Virus record (IMG/VR): IMGVR_UViG_3300025099_000001
Location: 1,605-65,604 of that record
Origin: a virus
Lineage: Duplodnaviria; Caudoviricetes
Length of the DNA: 64,000 nt
Strand: one strand, 5' to 3'
The notes under the pieces are model-generated. The model saw only the letters and a program-made list of their open reading frames with translations. It was not told where the DNA came from and did no database searches. The position numbers were made by a program, and so were the translations under genes. Positions 10,224 to 22,100 of this stretch are shown piece after piece. Numbering within the stretch: position 1 is the stretch's first letter; each line of letters opens with the position of its first letter.

Positions 10224-12662
10224 CTATCGTGGGTCAAACTCAGCTAAGTCAAAACCGTCTAAACTATCTTCATTAGACTCAAAATTTATAGGAGGTAAAT
10301 TATTTTTACGTTGGTCTATTAATCTTGATTGTTCTGATGACTGCTGACTTATTCTTTGGTTTTTAGATTTTTCTCTATTCTGCTCACGCATATCTATTTG
10401 TGATTGTTCTAAACCCTTTAACTGCATATTCATTTGAAATTCTGTTTGCATTAAAGATTCTTTTAACGCAGCTTCATTTTTAAGTTTTTCTATTTCAAAA
10501 CCAACCTCTGCTTGTTTTATTTGCATTTTAGATTGTGTCTCCATTTGAATTTTTTGCATAGCTATTTGAGCAGCCGCTTGTTGTGACTGCATATTAATCT
10601 GAGCCTGCATCTGTTGTTCTTTTTCTTTTTGTTGTGAGTCTTGTAGTTGCTTTTGTTTTCTTTTAACTTTTAACAACTGATTAGCCATTTTTATATTTTT
10701 TAACTCTCTTATATCTATAGCGTCTTCTAAATTAATATCTTGTTTGTTTAAAGCAGTTTGTATATTTGCCTCTAATAATGCTTGCTGTTCTTCATCAGGA
10801 GAAACTTCAATAAAAATACCAAAGTCATATATATATAAGTTTTTTATATCATCTAACAACCCTACATTGTATTTTCCAATTTGTTGAGTAAATTCATCTG
10901 CAAAGTCTGAATACTCTAAAACGTCAGCTGTTCTTATAGATAATGCTTCAGCTAAAGTTTGTGTTAAATACAAGCTACCCTCTAAAATATGTCTTGTTGC
11001 AGTATTAGAGTTAAGTGCGGCTAATTTTTGAACACCCACTAAAGAGTTAGGATCAGGCGTGCTTCCATCACGTGCTTCATTTAATCCCGTTACTTGCCTA
11101 ATCATATTCATATAATGATTGTAATTACCAATTAACATTTGCATTTTTTGTGAACCACTGGAAGAAGTAAGTTGTGTAATAGGTACTTTAGCATTATTAA
11201 ACTCACCATCTTGAGTAAAACTCCTACCAATAACACTACCCGTTTGAAAATATAATCTTAAAGCATCTTCAGGGTTATATGCATTTCCTGTTCCTAAATC
11301 AACTTCGTTTAATCCATCTGCATCTATAAATACACCATCAGGTACAACTCTTGAAATTACTTGTTGTAATTTTAAATGAGTCATCTGTATTAAATCAGTA
11401 AAAGGTATCATTCTTCTTACTAAAGATTCTATATTACCTTTGTACATTCTTGGTGCTGTAGCTACATAATTAGGCATAGCGTATTGACTTGCTGACTGTG
11501 GCCTAACCATATTTTTAGCAAGCTCCCACTTTAATAATATATTAGTTCCCATTACCATTACACCATCATACCATACATCTATTTTTTTTGTTACTTTTTC
11601 AAATTTACCTTCATCCATCATTTCTTGTGGTGGATTAAATTCGTCAGTTTTAGGAACTACTTTATAATTTCCTGTTGCAGTTTGTTTCTTTTTATATACA
11701 AAAGTATTTGTGCTTTTGTAATTAAAATACATTAATGTAACTGTATCTCTATAAAACATAGAGTTTTCATACATAGCAGCAACATTATAATACTGATACC
11801 ATGCTTGACTGTATTTTGATATTTCTTCTAAGTCTTCATTAGTTAAATCAGGTTTTATTTTTAACAACTCACCAATAGGTACTGTTTTAATTTCTCCCCA
11901 ATAAAAACAATCTTTAAAGTAAGGATCTTCAGTATAGCTATAAACTACATTAGCAGGATCAACATACTCCACTCTTATCCCATCACCTAACTGAAAGTTA
12001 TGTTTTACTACAGATAAACCTAAAGTCATTAAGTCCATGTCACATCTTTTACGAGTGTGTGAATAATGATTTTCTTCTAATAATGTATTAATAGCAACTT
12101 CATTTGCTATTTCAATTGCAGGTTTATAATTCATTTGCATATAAAGCTCCATTTCTAAATCACTTTCAGGTAATTCATCAGGATTCATGCTAAACAATTT
12201 TACATCAAAATCTTTTTCTATTTGTTGAAATAAGTCTTTAGAAATAACACTTTTTTCTACCATGTTTTGAAACTCACCCCTTTTTTCTGATGACATAGCA
12301 TCTTGAGCGTATGCCTTAACAGTAAATAATCTGTCCGACATTCCATTTACTACAATATCAACAAACTTAGGAATAACAGGAACAGGTGTCCAGTCTAAAT
12401 TTAAATAAGATAAATCACCGTCTACAGCTAATTCATTTTTATATTTAGCTATGGATTGTTCTCCACGAGCATATAATCTTAAACGATTAAATTCCCACCA
12501 TTGACTGTAAAACCTACATTGGTTTACCCCTTCTTTCCTGAACCATTCATACTGAATAGCTTGACCTACTTGTAATCCAAATTCTTTAGTTTTCTTTTGA
12601 GAATCAGAAACAAACTGATCGGGAAAAGCAGCGGATTTTATATCTATACTTATTCCTTTCAT
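10224..12662 (-). CDS. Portal protein
   Basis: 812 aa; follows terminase; PVIPKFVDIVVNG motif; Gln-rich coiled-coil C-terminus (P22-like barrel). Confidence 0.85.
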   Translation of the reverse strand: MKGISIDIKSAAFPDQFVSDSQKKTKEFGLQVGQAIQYEWFRKEGVNQCRFYSQWWEFNRLRLYARGEQSIAKYKNELAVDGDLSYLNLDWTPVPVIPKFVDIVVNGMSDRLFTVKAYAQDAMSSEKRGEFQNMVEKSVISKDLFQQIEKDFDVKLFSMNPDELPESDLEMELYMQMNYKPAIEIANEVAINTLLEENHYSHTRKRCDMDLMTLGLSVVKHNFQLGDGIRVEYVDPANVVYSYTEDPYFKDCFYWGEIKTVPIGELLKIKPDLTNEDLEEISKYSQAWYQYYNVAAMYENSMFYRDTVTLMYFNYKSTNTFVYKKKQTATGNYKVVPKTDEFNPPQEMMDEGKFEKVTKKIDVWYDGVMVMGTNILLKWELAKNMVRPQSASQYAMPNYVATAPRMYKGNIESLVRRMIPFTDLIQMTHLKLQQVISRVVPDGVFIDADGLNEVDLGTGNAYNPEDALRLYFQTGSVIGRSFTQDGEFNNAKVPITQLTSSSGSQKMQMLIGNYNHYMNMIRQVTGLNEARDGSTPDPNSLVGVQKLAALNSNTATRHILEGSLYLTQTLAEALSIRTADVLEYSDFADEFTQQIGKYNVGLLDDIKNLYIYDFGIFIEVSPDEEQQALLEANIQTALNKQDINLEDAIDIRELKNIKMANQLLKVKRKQKQLQDSQQKEKEQQMQAQINMQSQQAAAQIAMQKIQMETQSKMQIKQAEVGFEIEKLKNEAALKESLMQTEFQMNMQLKGLEQSQIDMREQNREKSKNQRISQQSSEQSRLIDQRKNNLPPINFESNEDSLDGFDLAEFDPR

Positions 12663-14909
12663 TTATCTTATTAATTGACTAATGGAACTCTTATTATCAT
12701 ATCGTGCAAAGTTAACACTTATTTTTGATTTTTGTTTAGTAGGTGTGTACAGATGCTTTTGATTAGCCATTATAGCCAATCCTGAACTTATTGCAGCATC
12801 AAACCTTGTTCTGTTTGTTATATCAAACTTTGCCCAATCCTCTAATGTACGTTGAAAAGGCATAGTTCCCATAATATCAACATCTCTAAATGTACCGTCT
12901 AAATCTAACCCTATATGTTTTTCAATATAGGATTCTATTGCAGCCGCATGAGATTGTTTTACATCTTCTGATGAATTAGGAATACCACCTAATTCTCTTT
13001 CTGTTTTTGATAATTTATTATATCTTTTGTCTGGTCTATTCATACAAAATCCTCTATACCCTCTGTTTTTAAAATGATACAATAATCTTGGTTTATTATT
13101 TTCACATAATATTGGCATACCATAAAATACACAAGCCATCAATACTTCTTCAAAAAATATCTCTGCTGTTTGTGGTCGTGCAATATATTCTAAAAAAAAT
13201 TCATTTGAAGGAGCATCATCCATATTAAATTTAGTCATTCCATGCAAAGCTCCGTTAGAACCTTTTCCTACAACAACTCCTGAAATATCATAACTATCAC
13301 AACCAAACGAACCTATATGTTCGTTAGCAGGATATTTTATTCCGTGTTTCAAAAAAATTTTATTTTGTAAATGTTTTGCTGGTGTCCAAGATACTAAAAA
13401 TCTACCACTTTTATTTGGACTAAATATTACCTTACTATCTTTAACCCCATTCTCCCATTGAAATGAACCTTTTGTAGTATGCTGTCCTAAAATTAAACTA
13501 TCATTAAAATCTATTTGTTGGTAAATTTTTGTTAAATTAAACAAAGATTGTTTTGATTCATCTCTAAATGCGTGAGATTCTGTTCTTGGAAACTGACGGT
13601 AAAATTCATTAAGTGCATCAGGATCAGAAGATAATGAGTCTACTTCATTTTTCCAATAGTTTATTGCTCCTGTATTTATATCTTCACCATCCATTCCTAC
13701 TACAGTTTTTTTAGGCGTAAACAACACTGGCATACCGTATTTATCTATATATCCTTCAAAATTCCATTCCATTGGTATAAACAAATTATATAAACCTGAT
13801 TTAGTTTGTCCATTTTGATTTCTTTTAGATGCATCAGAATCTTCAAACAATTTTTTAAAATTAGCACCTCCTTTATCTAATGCATTAGAGGTTGAACCCA
13901 TCATACACTTACCTATTATTTTACTACCAAGCCTTAAACAAGTTTTAGTAACTCGCCAATTATTTAAAATATTTTCAGGCCTTTCCCACTTACCACTTTC
14001 ATCATGTAATAAGTATTGAAGTTTTTCTCCATCATATGAGTTGTCTGATGTATTCTTCCAATCTATAGTTGTGTCTAACCCGTCTAAATCTTCATTATCA
14101 GTTACATACATATTTTTTTTAGTAATTTTAGACGCAGGAACACGATAAGCTAATTCAGTTTTTGGTTTATCCATACCATCTTGTATAGGTTTAAAAAAGA
14201 AAGGATAATTATTTGAAATAGGGACTACTTTGTCTGTAAACATTTTTTTAGCATCAGCACCAGTCTTAGATAAAATACCTATACGTGCATCTCTTGTAAT
14301 GGTTGCTTGATTAACGCCTTCCGAAGAACTCATAAATGAAAAACCTGAACGTCTTATTTTTAAATAACACATACCAAAACTACGATTATCAGCTTTACAA
14401 GCTTCCCAAAAAATATAAAATATTCTATTAGCCTCTCTAAAATCAGGATGTCCAACATCTATTTTAGTCCATTGCAAATACATATAATGCGTACCTGTTA
14501 TGTAAGTAGGTATACCATTGTTTAAAAACCAATGCCCTTCCTCTCTTTTATCAAATTCTTTTTCTATATAATCTACCCAAGAATTTTTGAAAGAAACTGG
14601 CATTTCATTCCACTGAAATATAGACTGTATTCTTTTTAATACTTTTGGTTGAATTGTAGGTGTCCAAACTTGATTTTCTTTTTTTTCTTTTTGATTATCA
14701 AAAGTTTTAGGCGTTTTTGGTAATCCAATAATTACATTACTAATCTCATAGATATCTCCTAAAGTACCGTCTCTTGATATAATTACTAATTTATATTTTT
14801 CATTATAACCGTATTTCCATGTTTTAGCTTTATTTTTATTAGCCATCACACTATTAGGTATATAGTTTTTTAAAACTTTATATATACTATTTTGATCTTG
14901 ACTCTGCAA
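12663..14909 (-). CDS. terL: Terminase large subunit
   Basis: Walker A variant KIRRSGFS, Walker B LLHDESGKW, motif III GSTSN, RNase H-like GCDSYD. Confidence 0.9.
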   Translation of the reverse strand: MQSQDQNSIYKVLKNYIPNSVMANKNKAKTWKYGYNEKYKLVIISRDGTLGDIYEISNVIIGLPKTPKTFDNQKEKKENQVWTPTIQPKVLKRIQSIFQWNEMPVSFKNSWVDYIEKEFDKREEGHWFLNNGIPTYITGTHYMYLQWTKIDVGHPDFREANRIFYIFWEACKADNRSFGMCYLKIRRSGFSFMSSSEGVNQATITRDARIGILSKTGADAKKMFTDKVVPISNNYPFFFKPIQDGMDKPKTELAYRVPASKITKKNMYVTDNEDLDGLDTTIDWKNTSDNSYDGEKLQYLLHDESGKWERPENILNNWRVTKTCLRLGSKIIGKCMMGSTSNALDKGGANFKKLFEDSDASKRNQNGQTKSGLYNLFIPMEWNFEGYIDKYGMPVLFTPKKTVVGMDGEDINTGAINYWKNEVDSLSSDPDALNEFYRQFPRTESHAFRDESKQSLFNLTKIYQQIDFNDSLILGQHTTKGSFQWENGVKDSKVIFSPNKSGRFLVSWTPAKHLQNKIFLKHGIKYPANEHIGSFGCDSYDISGVVVGKGSNGALHGMTKFNMDDAPSNEFFLEYIARPQTAEIFFEEVLMACVFYGMPILCENNKPRLLYHFKNRGYRGFCMNRPDKRYNKLSKTERELGGIPNSSEDVKQSHAAAIESYIEKHIGLDLDGTFRDVDIMGTMPFQRTLEDWAKFDITNRTRFDAAISSGLAIMANQKHLYTPTKQKSKISVNFARYDNKSSISQLIR

Positions 14910-15165
14910 ATCCTTTTAATGTATTATTTTTACTATTAACTATGTTACCATCTAATAAGTCTTTTTCTTCTTCTATTTTTTTTAGTATTTCAAAAGCATC
15001 CATAATACATAATTTTTTTGTAGCTGCAGCATTTTTTAATCTATCAGCCGCTAACTCATCTTCCGCATCATATTTAATAATATCTTCTTTAGCTACTTTT
15101 ACTAATTGTTTAACAGCTTTTTCTCCTGCTTCAATAATTTGTAATTTTAATTCTTTATTTGTCAT
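14887..15165 (-). CDS. Putative terminase small subunit
   Basis: 92-aa helical protein immediately upstream of and overlapping terL. Confidence 0.45.
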   Translation of the reverse strand: MTNKELKLQIIEAGEKAVKQLVKVAKEDIIKYDAEDELAADRLKNAAATKKLCIMDAFEILKKIEEEKDLLDGNIVNSKNNTLKGFAESRSK

Positions 15166-15727
15166 TTAATATTACTGTTATGTTATTAGTAAACATTCGG
15201 TATAATATTTCATCTTCAACTGTAAACTCATATTCGCTTTCGGGTTCAAAAATTACTTCGTCACCTTCTTTAACTCCTAACTGTAATAGTTGTTCGTTTA
15301 TGTATTTAACAATTCCAATTAAAGGTTCGTATTTTGTATGTTTATCTAAAAAAGTTTTCTTTTTATTTACTGGCTTTACAAAACAATATTTTCCATGTGC
15401 TTTCCATTTACCATTATGCTTGTATAAAAAGAATTGATCTTCTTCTACAAAAAACATATTTTCTTTAAAAAAACTTTTACCACTTTTAGTATTTCCATAC
15501 ATATCGTTGTAAAATTTAAAAACATTATGATGTACTAATAAAGTGTCTCCAATTTTTACCTCTCCTTTATAATTCAAAGGCAACGACATTACTTCTGCAT
15601 AACGATTAGACACAGTGTGGTCTTCTTCAGAAACACTTGTTACAAACTCTAATCCACCGATAGATTTTATATTGTCGTATCTTCGGTTATTGTAAGGCTT
15701 TACTATAAACGAATATAAAGCTCTCAT
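15155..15727 (-). CDS. Tandem double GroES-like (Cpn20-like) co-chaperonin
   Basis: Two GroES-like halves: FIVKP..KSIGGLEF..EVKIGDTLLV and KYCFVKPV..GVKEGDEVIF..EYEFTVEDEILYRM. Confidence 0.65.
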   Translation of the reverse strand: MRALYSFIVKPYNNRRYDNIKSIGGLEFVTSVSEEDHTVSNRYAEVMSLPLNYKGEVKIGDTLLVHHNVFKFYNDMYGNTKSGKSFFKENMFFVEEDQFFLYKHNGKWKAHGKYCFVKPVNKKKTFLDKHTKYEPLIGIVKYINEQLLQLGVKEGDEVIFEPESEYEFTVEDEILYRMFTNNITVILNDK

Positions 15728-15951
15728 TAAAAGTTTATATTATATTCTAATGTTATTGGTAAGGTGTAAAGAAATTCTTTCCATATAAATATTTCTTTAT
15801 TTTTTTCAACCCATAATTTATATGATTGGGTTTTTTCATTAGCCTGTATTAAGTGTATTTTATATTCACCACCCAGAACAGGTTGATTTATAATGTAATG
15901 CATTGAACCAGACTTATAGTCTGAGCCAACAGAAATTTTTCTAATATCCAT
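15727..15951 (-). CDS. Hypothetical protein
   Basis: 74-aa ORF, coupled stop/start with the next gene. Confidence 0.6.
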   Translation of the reverse strand: MDIRKISVGSDYKSGSMHYIINQPVLGGEYKIHLIQANEKTQSYKLWVEKNKEIFIWKEFLYTLPITLEYNINF

Positions 15952-15957
15952 TTAATT

Positions 15958-16092
15958 TTATTTTTTATCTTCTATTAAACCTTTATTTATTTCAGCTGTT
16001 ATTTCTTCTACAATTTCAATTGCACTAATTGGAAGTGATTTTAACAAGCGATTTATATGTTTAATAGACTCTTCATTTAGTTCTACTTTCAT
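15958..16092 (-). CDS. Small hypothetical protein (44 aa)
   Basis: MKVELNEESIKHINRLLKSLP..., fills the gap, A-rich leader; below the ORF-track cutoff. Confidence 0.6.
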   Translation of the reverse strand: MKVELNEESIKHINRLLKSLPISAIEIVEEITAEINKGLIEDKK

Positions 16093-16106
16093 TTAATTTT
16101 ATTTAA

Positions 16107-19100
16107 TTATGTACCTAAAGGTATTTTATATGCAGTTCCATCTATAGTTATTGGTAAATAATTTAGTAAAGTTCCCGCACTGCTGTTTACTACATTTCCA
16201 ATAGGGTTGCTTGAACTACCTATATATATACCCGCTCCTGAGGCTTCAGCTCCTTTACCAATTACAAGAGAGTTTTGAACTGCCGCAATTGCAGATTTAC
16301 CAATTGCTATAGCATTGTCTATATTGTTTCCTCCTGCAGCTGCGTCTGCCCCTATTGCTATTGTATCAATATTTAATGCTCTTGATCTTTTACCTATTGC
16401 TATTGTCCCTCCTGCCATAGAAGTAGCTTGAGTTGAGTCTGTTCCCGCTAAATATCCTATAGCTATATTTCCTTCTCCTGTTATTTCAGGATAAAAAGAA
16501 CCATTTGCTCCAAATGAATATGCACCTATAGATACATCCCAACTTGATTGAATTACTGGTGCAGCGTTTATAGTGTCAGTATATGCTTTTTCTCCTATTG
16601 CAATTGCACCTCTTTTAAAAGAAGTGTGATTCCACATTGCATAAGTTCCTATTGCAATTTGCCCTGAGTTATCTGCTGGGTTTGTTTGTCCTTGTTCATT
16701 AGCTCCTGCTTTGTATCCAATATGAGTTCTAAATCCTACTAAAGGACCAGTTGCAGTAGAACCTGGTGCATTTCCAGCAAAAGCTCCTATCGCCACACTA
16801 TATCTATTATTTCCTTGAAGAACAGTTGTTCCTGACACTAAACCTGACATTGCGTTTAAACCTATCGCAACTCTTTCCATTAACTGTGCTGTCCCAGGTG
16901 ATGCTGTTACATTTGTATTTCCATTACCTGCACTTCTTCCAATAAATACATCACCATCCCCATAAGCATTTTGTGCGGCTAAAGCACCAATAGCAACACT
17001 TCTTCTACTGTTTGTATTATTAGTTCCTGCACCAGCAGATTTTCCTATATATGTAGTTTCAAAACCAGTGGTTATATCTGCACCCGCTCCTTTTCCAATA
17101 AATGTATTACTGTAACCATCTGTTATAGACTCACCTGAATTATAACCTACATAAACACTGTCTACTGCAGTACCGTCATTTTCTGTTCCTAAATATCCCG
17201 AACCTAACCTTACAGTGTTTGAAGCAGCTGTTGTAGTTAATCCAATATAACCTGTTCCAGATATAAGTAGTTGATAATGTTCGTTGGTTGTTGCATTAGG
17301 ACCAATACCTTGAAGTTCTTTTAATCCCGTTGGTCTGTCTATAAAATTAGAATTTTCAACTGTAGTTCCAAGCTGATTAAACTTAGCAAGGAAATATTGT
17401 GTTCCGCCTGATATAGCCGTGTATCCTGGTGAATTAGTAAATTGACTTAAATCAGTTAATGAAGATGAAACTTGTATATCATTTGCCGATGTTAATGTAG
17501 AAATATTAATTGTACAACCACCATCACTACCTTGACCAATTAAAGTTACTGCACCACTTGTATATCCTTGGCCTTTTGCAAAAACTGAAACAGCAGATGG
17601 TACTCCTCCTACAGTAACACCTGTTACTAAAACAGTTAATCCTGTTCCACCACCACCCGTAGTTCTATACGTTCTATCAGCAACATAGCCTGTTCCTCCG
17701 CTAAGAGTTGCGTTATTTAAAGTTTCTACTCCATTTATTCCTATAATAATATCTCCTGATGATTTTATGTCAATATCACCCTCTAAAGAATTTACAGATG
17801 TAACACCGTCTTCTAAATCTTGTACATTAGAAATTTGTATTCTATTTTCATCTGTTATTGTATTAACATCAAAAGTAGCATTATTCCCACTTCCTAAACC
17901 TATTAAAGTTAAAGTCTCTCCTATCGCATATCCTCTACCTTTTGAATATATAACTCCTGTTGTTACAACATTTCCATTTACTCCTGTTACTTTTATAGTT
18001 GCTCCTGCACCTGATATTGATGATGTTGTAGAATAAATTTTATTTACAACATATCCTGTTCCACCTGCAATTACACCTGTCAAAGATTCTACACCACTCT
18101 CTCCTATTGTTATATCTCCTGAACCGTCTATCATGGCTGAGATTGTAACAGCATTATCGCTGTTTCTTGCAACTTTTATTCCTGTTTCTCCTAAAACTTG
18201 AATGTTATCTGCAACAATAGCACTTCCGTTAATATTAGTTCGTGTTAAAGTTAAGTTAGGATCAGTTGCAACTCCTAAAGAACTTTCAGACATTTTTATA
18301 TCATAAACATCTGCTGATTCTGTGGTTGAAACAACAATAGTGTTGTCAGCTGTTAAAGTAAAAACAGTTGTATTTGCTGTACCACTACTACTTTGCCCTA
18401 TTAGTGTTACTACGTCATTTGCAGTATAACCTTGTCCAGCTGAATAAACACTTACCTGTTGTGCTTCTCCTGCAGCACCAACTGCTGTGACTTTTAATGT
18501 TAAACCTGTTCCTCCTGAAGGAGCAACTGTAGTAGCGTAAATTCCGTTTAATGCATATCCTGAACCTTGATTTGTAAGAACAGTTACTACTGAAGCAACC
18601 CCAGATACACCTAAAGTTATATCGCCTGAACCAACTAATTCTATTCCATCTGTTAAAGTATTAATAGAAGTTACAGGTAAAGCCCATGTTCCGTTTACTT
18701 TTAAAAATTTATTTGTTCCAAAATCTGCAATAAGTGGACCAGGGACAAAACCTTGCACCCCATTGGTAGTTAAACCGTCACCTAAAGTAAAGACTGAACC
18801 TGTTATTGTAGCTGTATTAGTTGTTCCTGCAACAACCGTAACATTTAATCCGTCACCACCAAGTAAAGAAACAATACTGTTGTCTGTAATATTAGCAGTT
18901 CCTGTATCTCCATTTAAAGCCCAGCTACTTGTTGTATTTACGGCATCAGCTAATTGAGATATCTCTATATAACTTGCTTTGTCTGCAGTAACTGAGGTAA
19001 TATTTAAAAATGCGTCAACTGTTCCCGCAGGCGTAAGACTTGCTGCAGCAATTTGTAAAACGTCACTTGAATTATAACCTGAACCGTCATTTGTAACCTC

Positions 19101-22100
19101 TATTGAATTATTTGTTGCTACTATCTGTCCGTTATTATCTGTAAGGAAACTTATAGTTAAACCTGTACCTCCTGCAGGACTAACTGTAGTAGGTACATTA
19201 TTATATTGTTGATTAGGAGGAAATGCTCCTGGTGTCGCAATGCTTAAAGCATATTGTACCCTGTCATTAACTAAAACTTTATCAGTATTTTGTAAATATC
19301 CTTTTGCTGTTAAATTAACTGCATTATTAAACTGAACTAAGTTGTTTGCTTTTGTGACTACATTATCTCCTCCTGTATAGATTAATTCAAAATTATTTAA
19401 ACCATCTAAATTTATTGGAGCAGTTGCACCATAATTTGTTTGAGGTGCTGTATTTGTAAATTTAATTTCTGTATCACTAACTCTGTCTACATCTATCCCT
19501 GTACTTCCTGTAAAAGTAGTTTCTGTAAAATCATATTTTTGTGGAGTTTCAAAAACTATTTGAAGCTTAGGATCTGCATTAGATGGTACAGGACTACCTG
19601 TTTCTATTACTTTAGTTCTTAAATCAGAATTAGTATATGGCTTAGTAAATGATTGTATTGCCCCTGCTGCCGTAATAGTATCTACATTTAAAGAAACTCT
19701 GGTTGAAAGTGCAGGATATCCTAACGCCTCTTCAATATCTATAGTGTCATTTACTTGATATCCTTTTCCTGCAGAATAAACAGATAAATTAGATAATACT
19801 CCTGCTGTGTTAGTAGCTGTTATCATGCATCCTGAACCTGTAGCACTGTTAGTCGTAGTGCTAAAAGTAACAGGATAACCTACGTTATTCATTGTTTGAT
19901 AAAGAGAAGGAACTCCTGCATTAATACTAAATGTTGCTACACCGCCCGTTCCAATATCTGACTGACCCGAACCTTCTAAAGTTAATGCTCCCGTTAGAGT
20001 ATTTAAAGAATCTACTACAGTTCCCGCTACTGATGGAACACCCCATGTATTATCAGCACGTAAGTAATGCGTTAACATTGTTGTAGTATCTAAAGAACTT
20101 GTGTCTGCACTTAACCCTACTGTAAGCTCATTAAATGTAGATAAAGGATCGCTTAAGTCAAGAGAGATATAACTTTTATTTACCGCAGGTGCTCCTGCTA
20201 TAGTATCAACCTTTTCTACAAAGGTGATTGTGTTATTTGTAACATCTACCGTTCCTGTAAAACTTGCAGGGTTTGTTGCTAAACCAAAAGAAGTAATACC
20301 TGCCGCTGCAGTTGCAGCAATAGTGATAGAGTCAGCACCACTATCTGTAATAGAGATGTTTGCCCCTTCTACTATTTTTATTGTGTCTCTTACAGCACTT
20401 GCATTTACTAAAGATATGTCAGCTTCTGTAGGTGTTATTACCGTTACCGTTCCTGTTACCAAAGAACCAGGTGTACCACCATTTACTGTAAATGTATCTC
20501 CCACCGCATAACCTGTACCTGCTGCTACCACTGTAATACCATTTAAATCTATAGCACCACCTGTGTTGGTGTATGAAACTGTTAAATCGTTATTACCTGA
20601 TCCTGATGTAACCTGTGTTCCAACAGTTCCCGTTGCGGTATATCCTGCTCCTCCTGCGGGATTTGTTACAGTTGATGTAGTTCCAGCTGCATTTGCTGTT
20701 AGTGTGTATGGAGAGTCTGTTCCTGCTGTTATATTTGTTATTATACCATAATCATCTACAGTTACGGAGGCATTACTAAAAGTTCCTGAACTATAAGCTG
20801 TTTGAGTTGGTAAATCTATATCTATATCACCCGAACTTGTAATAGGACTTCCGCTAATTCCTATTGTAGAGTTAGTTGATGTCAATCCTACCGAAGTCAC
20901 TGTTCCTCCTGAAGCGTTAGATGATATAGTTAAATCATTATTGTTATCTAAATTTAAAGTAATACCTGAACCTTTGTCTATATTTACAGAACTTGTTCTA
21001 ACGGCATCAGTATTTTTTAAAGTTATTGTATTAGAATTTACTGAAGTAATTTCTAAAGTTCTTGGGGTAGTTGGTGGTACTCCAGTTATTATTGAAAGAA
21101 CATCTCCTACTGAATATCCTGAACCAGCAGCATTTAGAGTCATTGAATTTATAGTTCCCGAAGGACCTGTTTGTATATCAAAAGTAGCTCCTGAACCTCC
21201 CGCAGGTGTAACCGTTGTTGGAGTATTAGTTGAGGTGTTGTTGATTGGATAACCCGCACCACTGTTTAGGATTGTTGTTGTACTAACAGATCCCGTGGCC
21301 ACAAAACTTAAGTCCCAATCATTTCCTGCAGGTACTGTAAACCCTCCCGTTTGACCATAATATGTGCCTGATACTACTGCAACTACCGAGCTTACTGCAT
21401 CATTGTTTCCGCTTGTTATGGTATATGTGTCACCTTGTTGATATCCTATTCCAGGATTTGTAATAGCTACAATCTCATCTACACCTCCCAAACCATCAAC
21501 AGTTATCTGTACCTTCAAGCCTGTACCTGTGCTTGGTGAGATTGCTACAGTGTCAAAAACACCATTTGTATTATAACCTGTTCCAATTACTGATGGTGTG
21601 TCATTAATTAGACTAACAGGACCTCCTTGTACTAAATTATTAGTTACTAATGATGATGTAATAACAGGGTTTGCAGGTACAGTATTATCAATACCTGTGT
21701 TTACATAATTAGTATTTACAGAGCCAATACCTGTTAGCGTTCCTGATCCACCACCACCACCATTAGTTCCCCAAACAGGTGTGGCTCCAATTCCTTGAGA
21801 AATTAATACTTGACCAGCTGTACCTGCACTACCTTTTAATTGAAATTCACTAAAGTCTCCCCATAAATTAAAAGCTCCGTTTTGTGCCTGAATAATTCCT
21901 TCTGTAGGTGAAAGACCCACTGCTGCGTTACCAGTTACAGCTACTATTGCGTTTGTTCCTGTTGCTGCCGTTCCAGCTGAATTGTCTAATACGTTTTGTA
22001 ATGTCGGTGCTATTTGAGCATTAGACCATATTGGTGTTGCTGTTGTTCCTTGAGATAAAAGAACTTGTCCTGCAGTTCCTGCACTGCCTTTTAAACGTAA

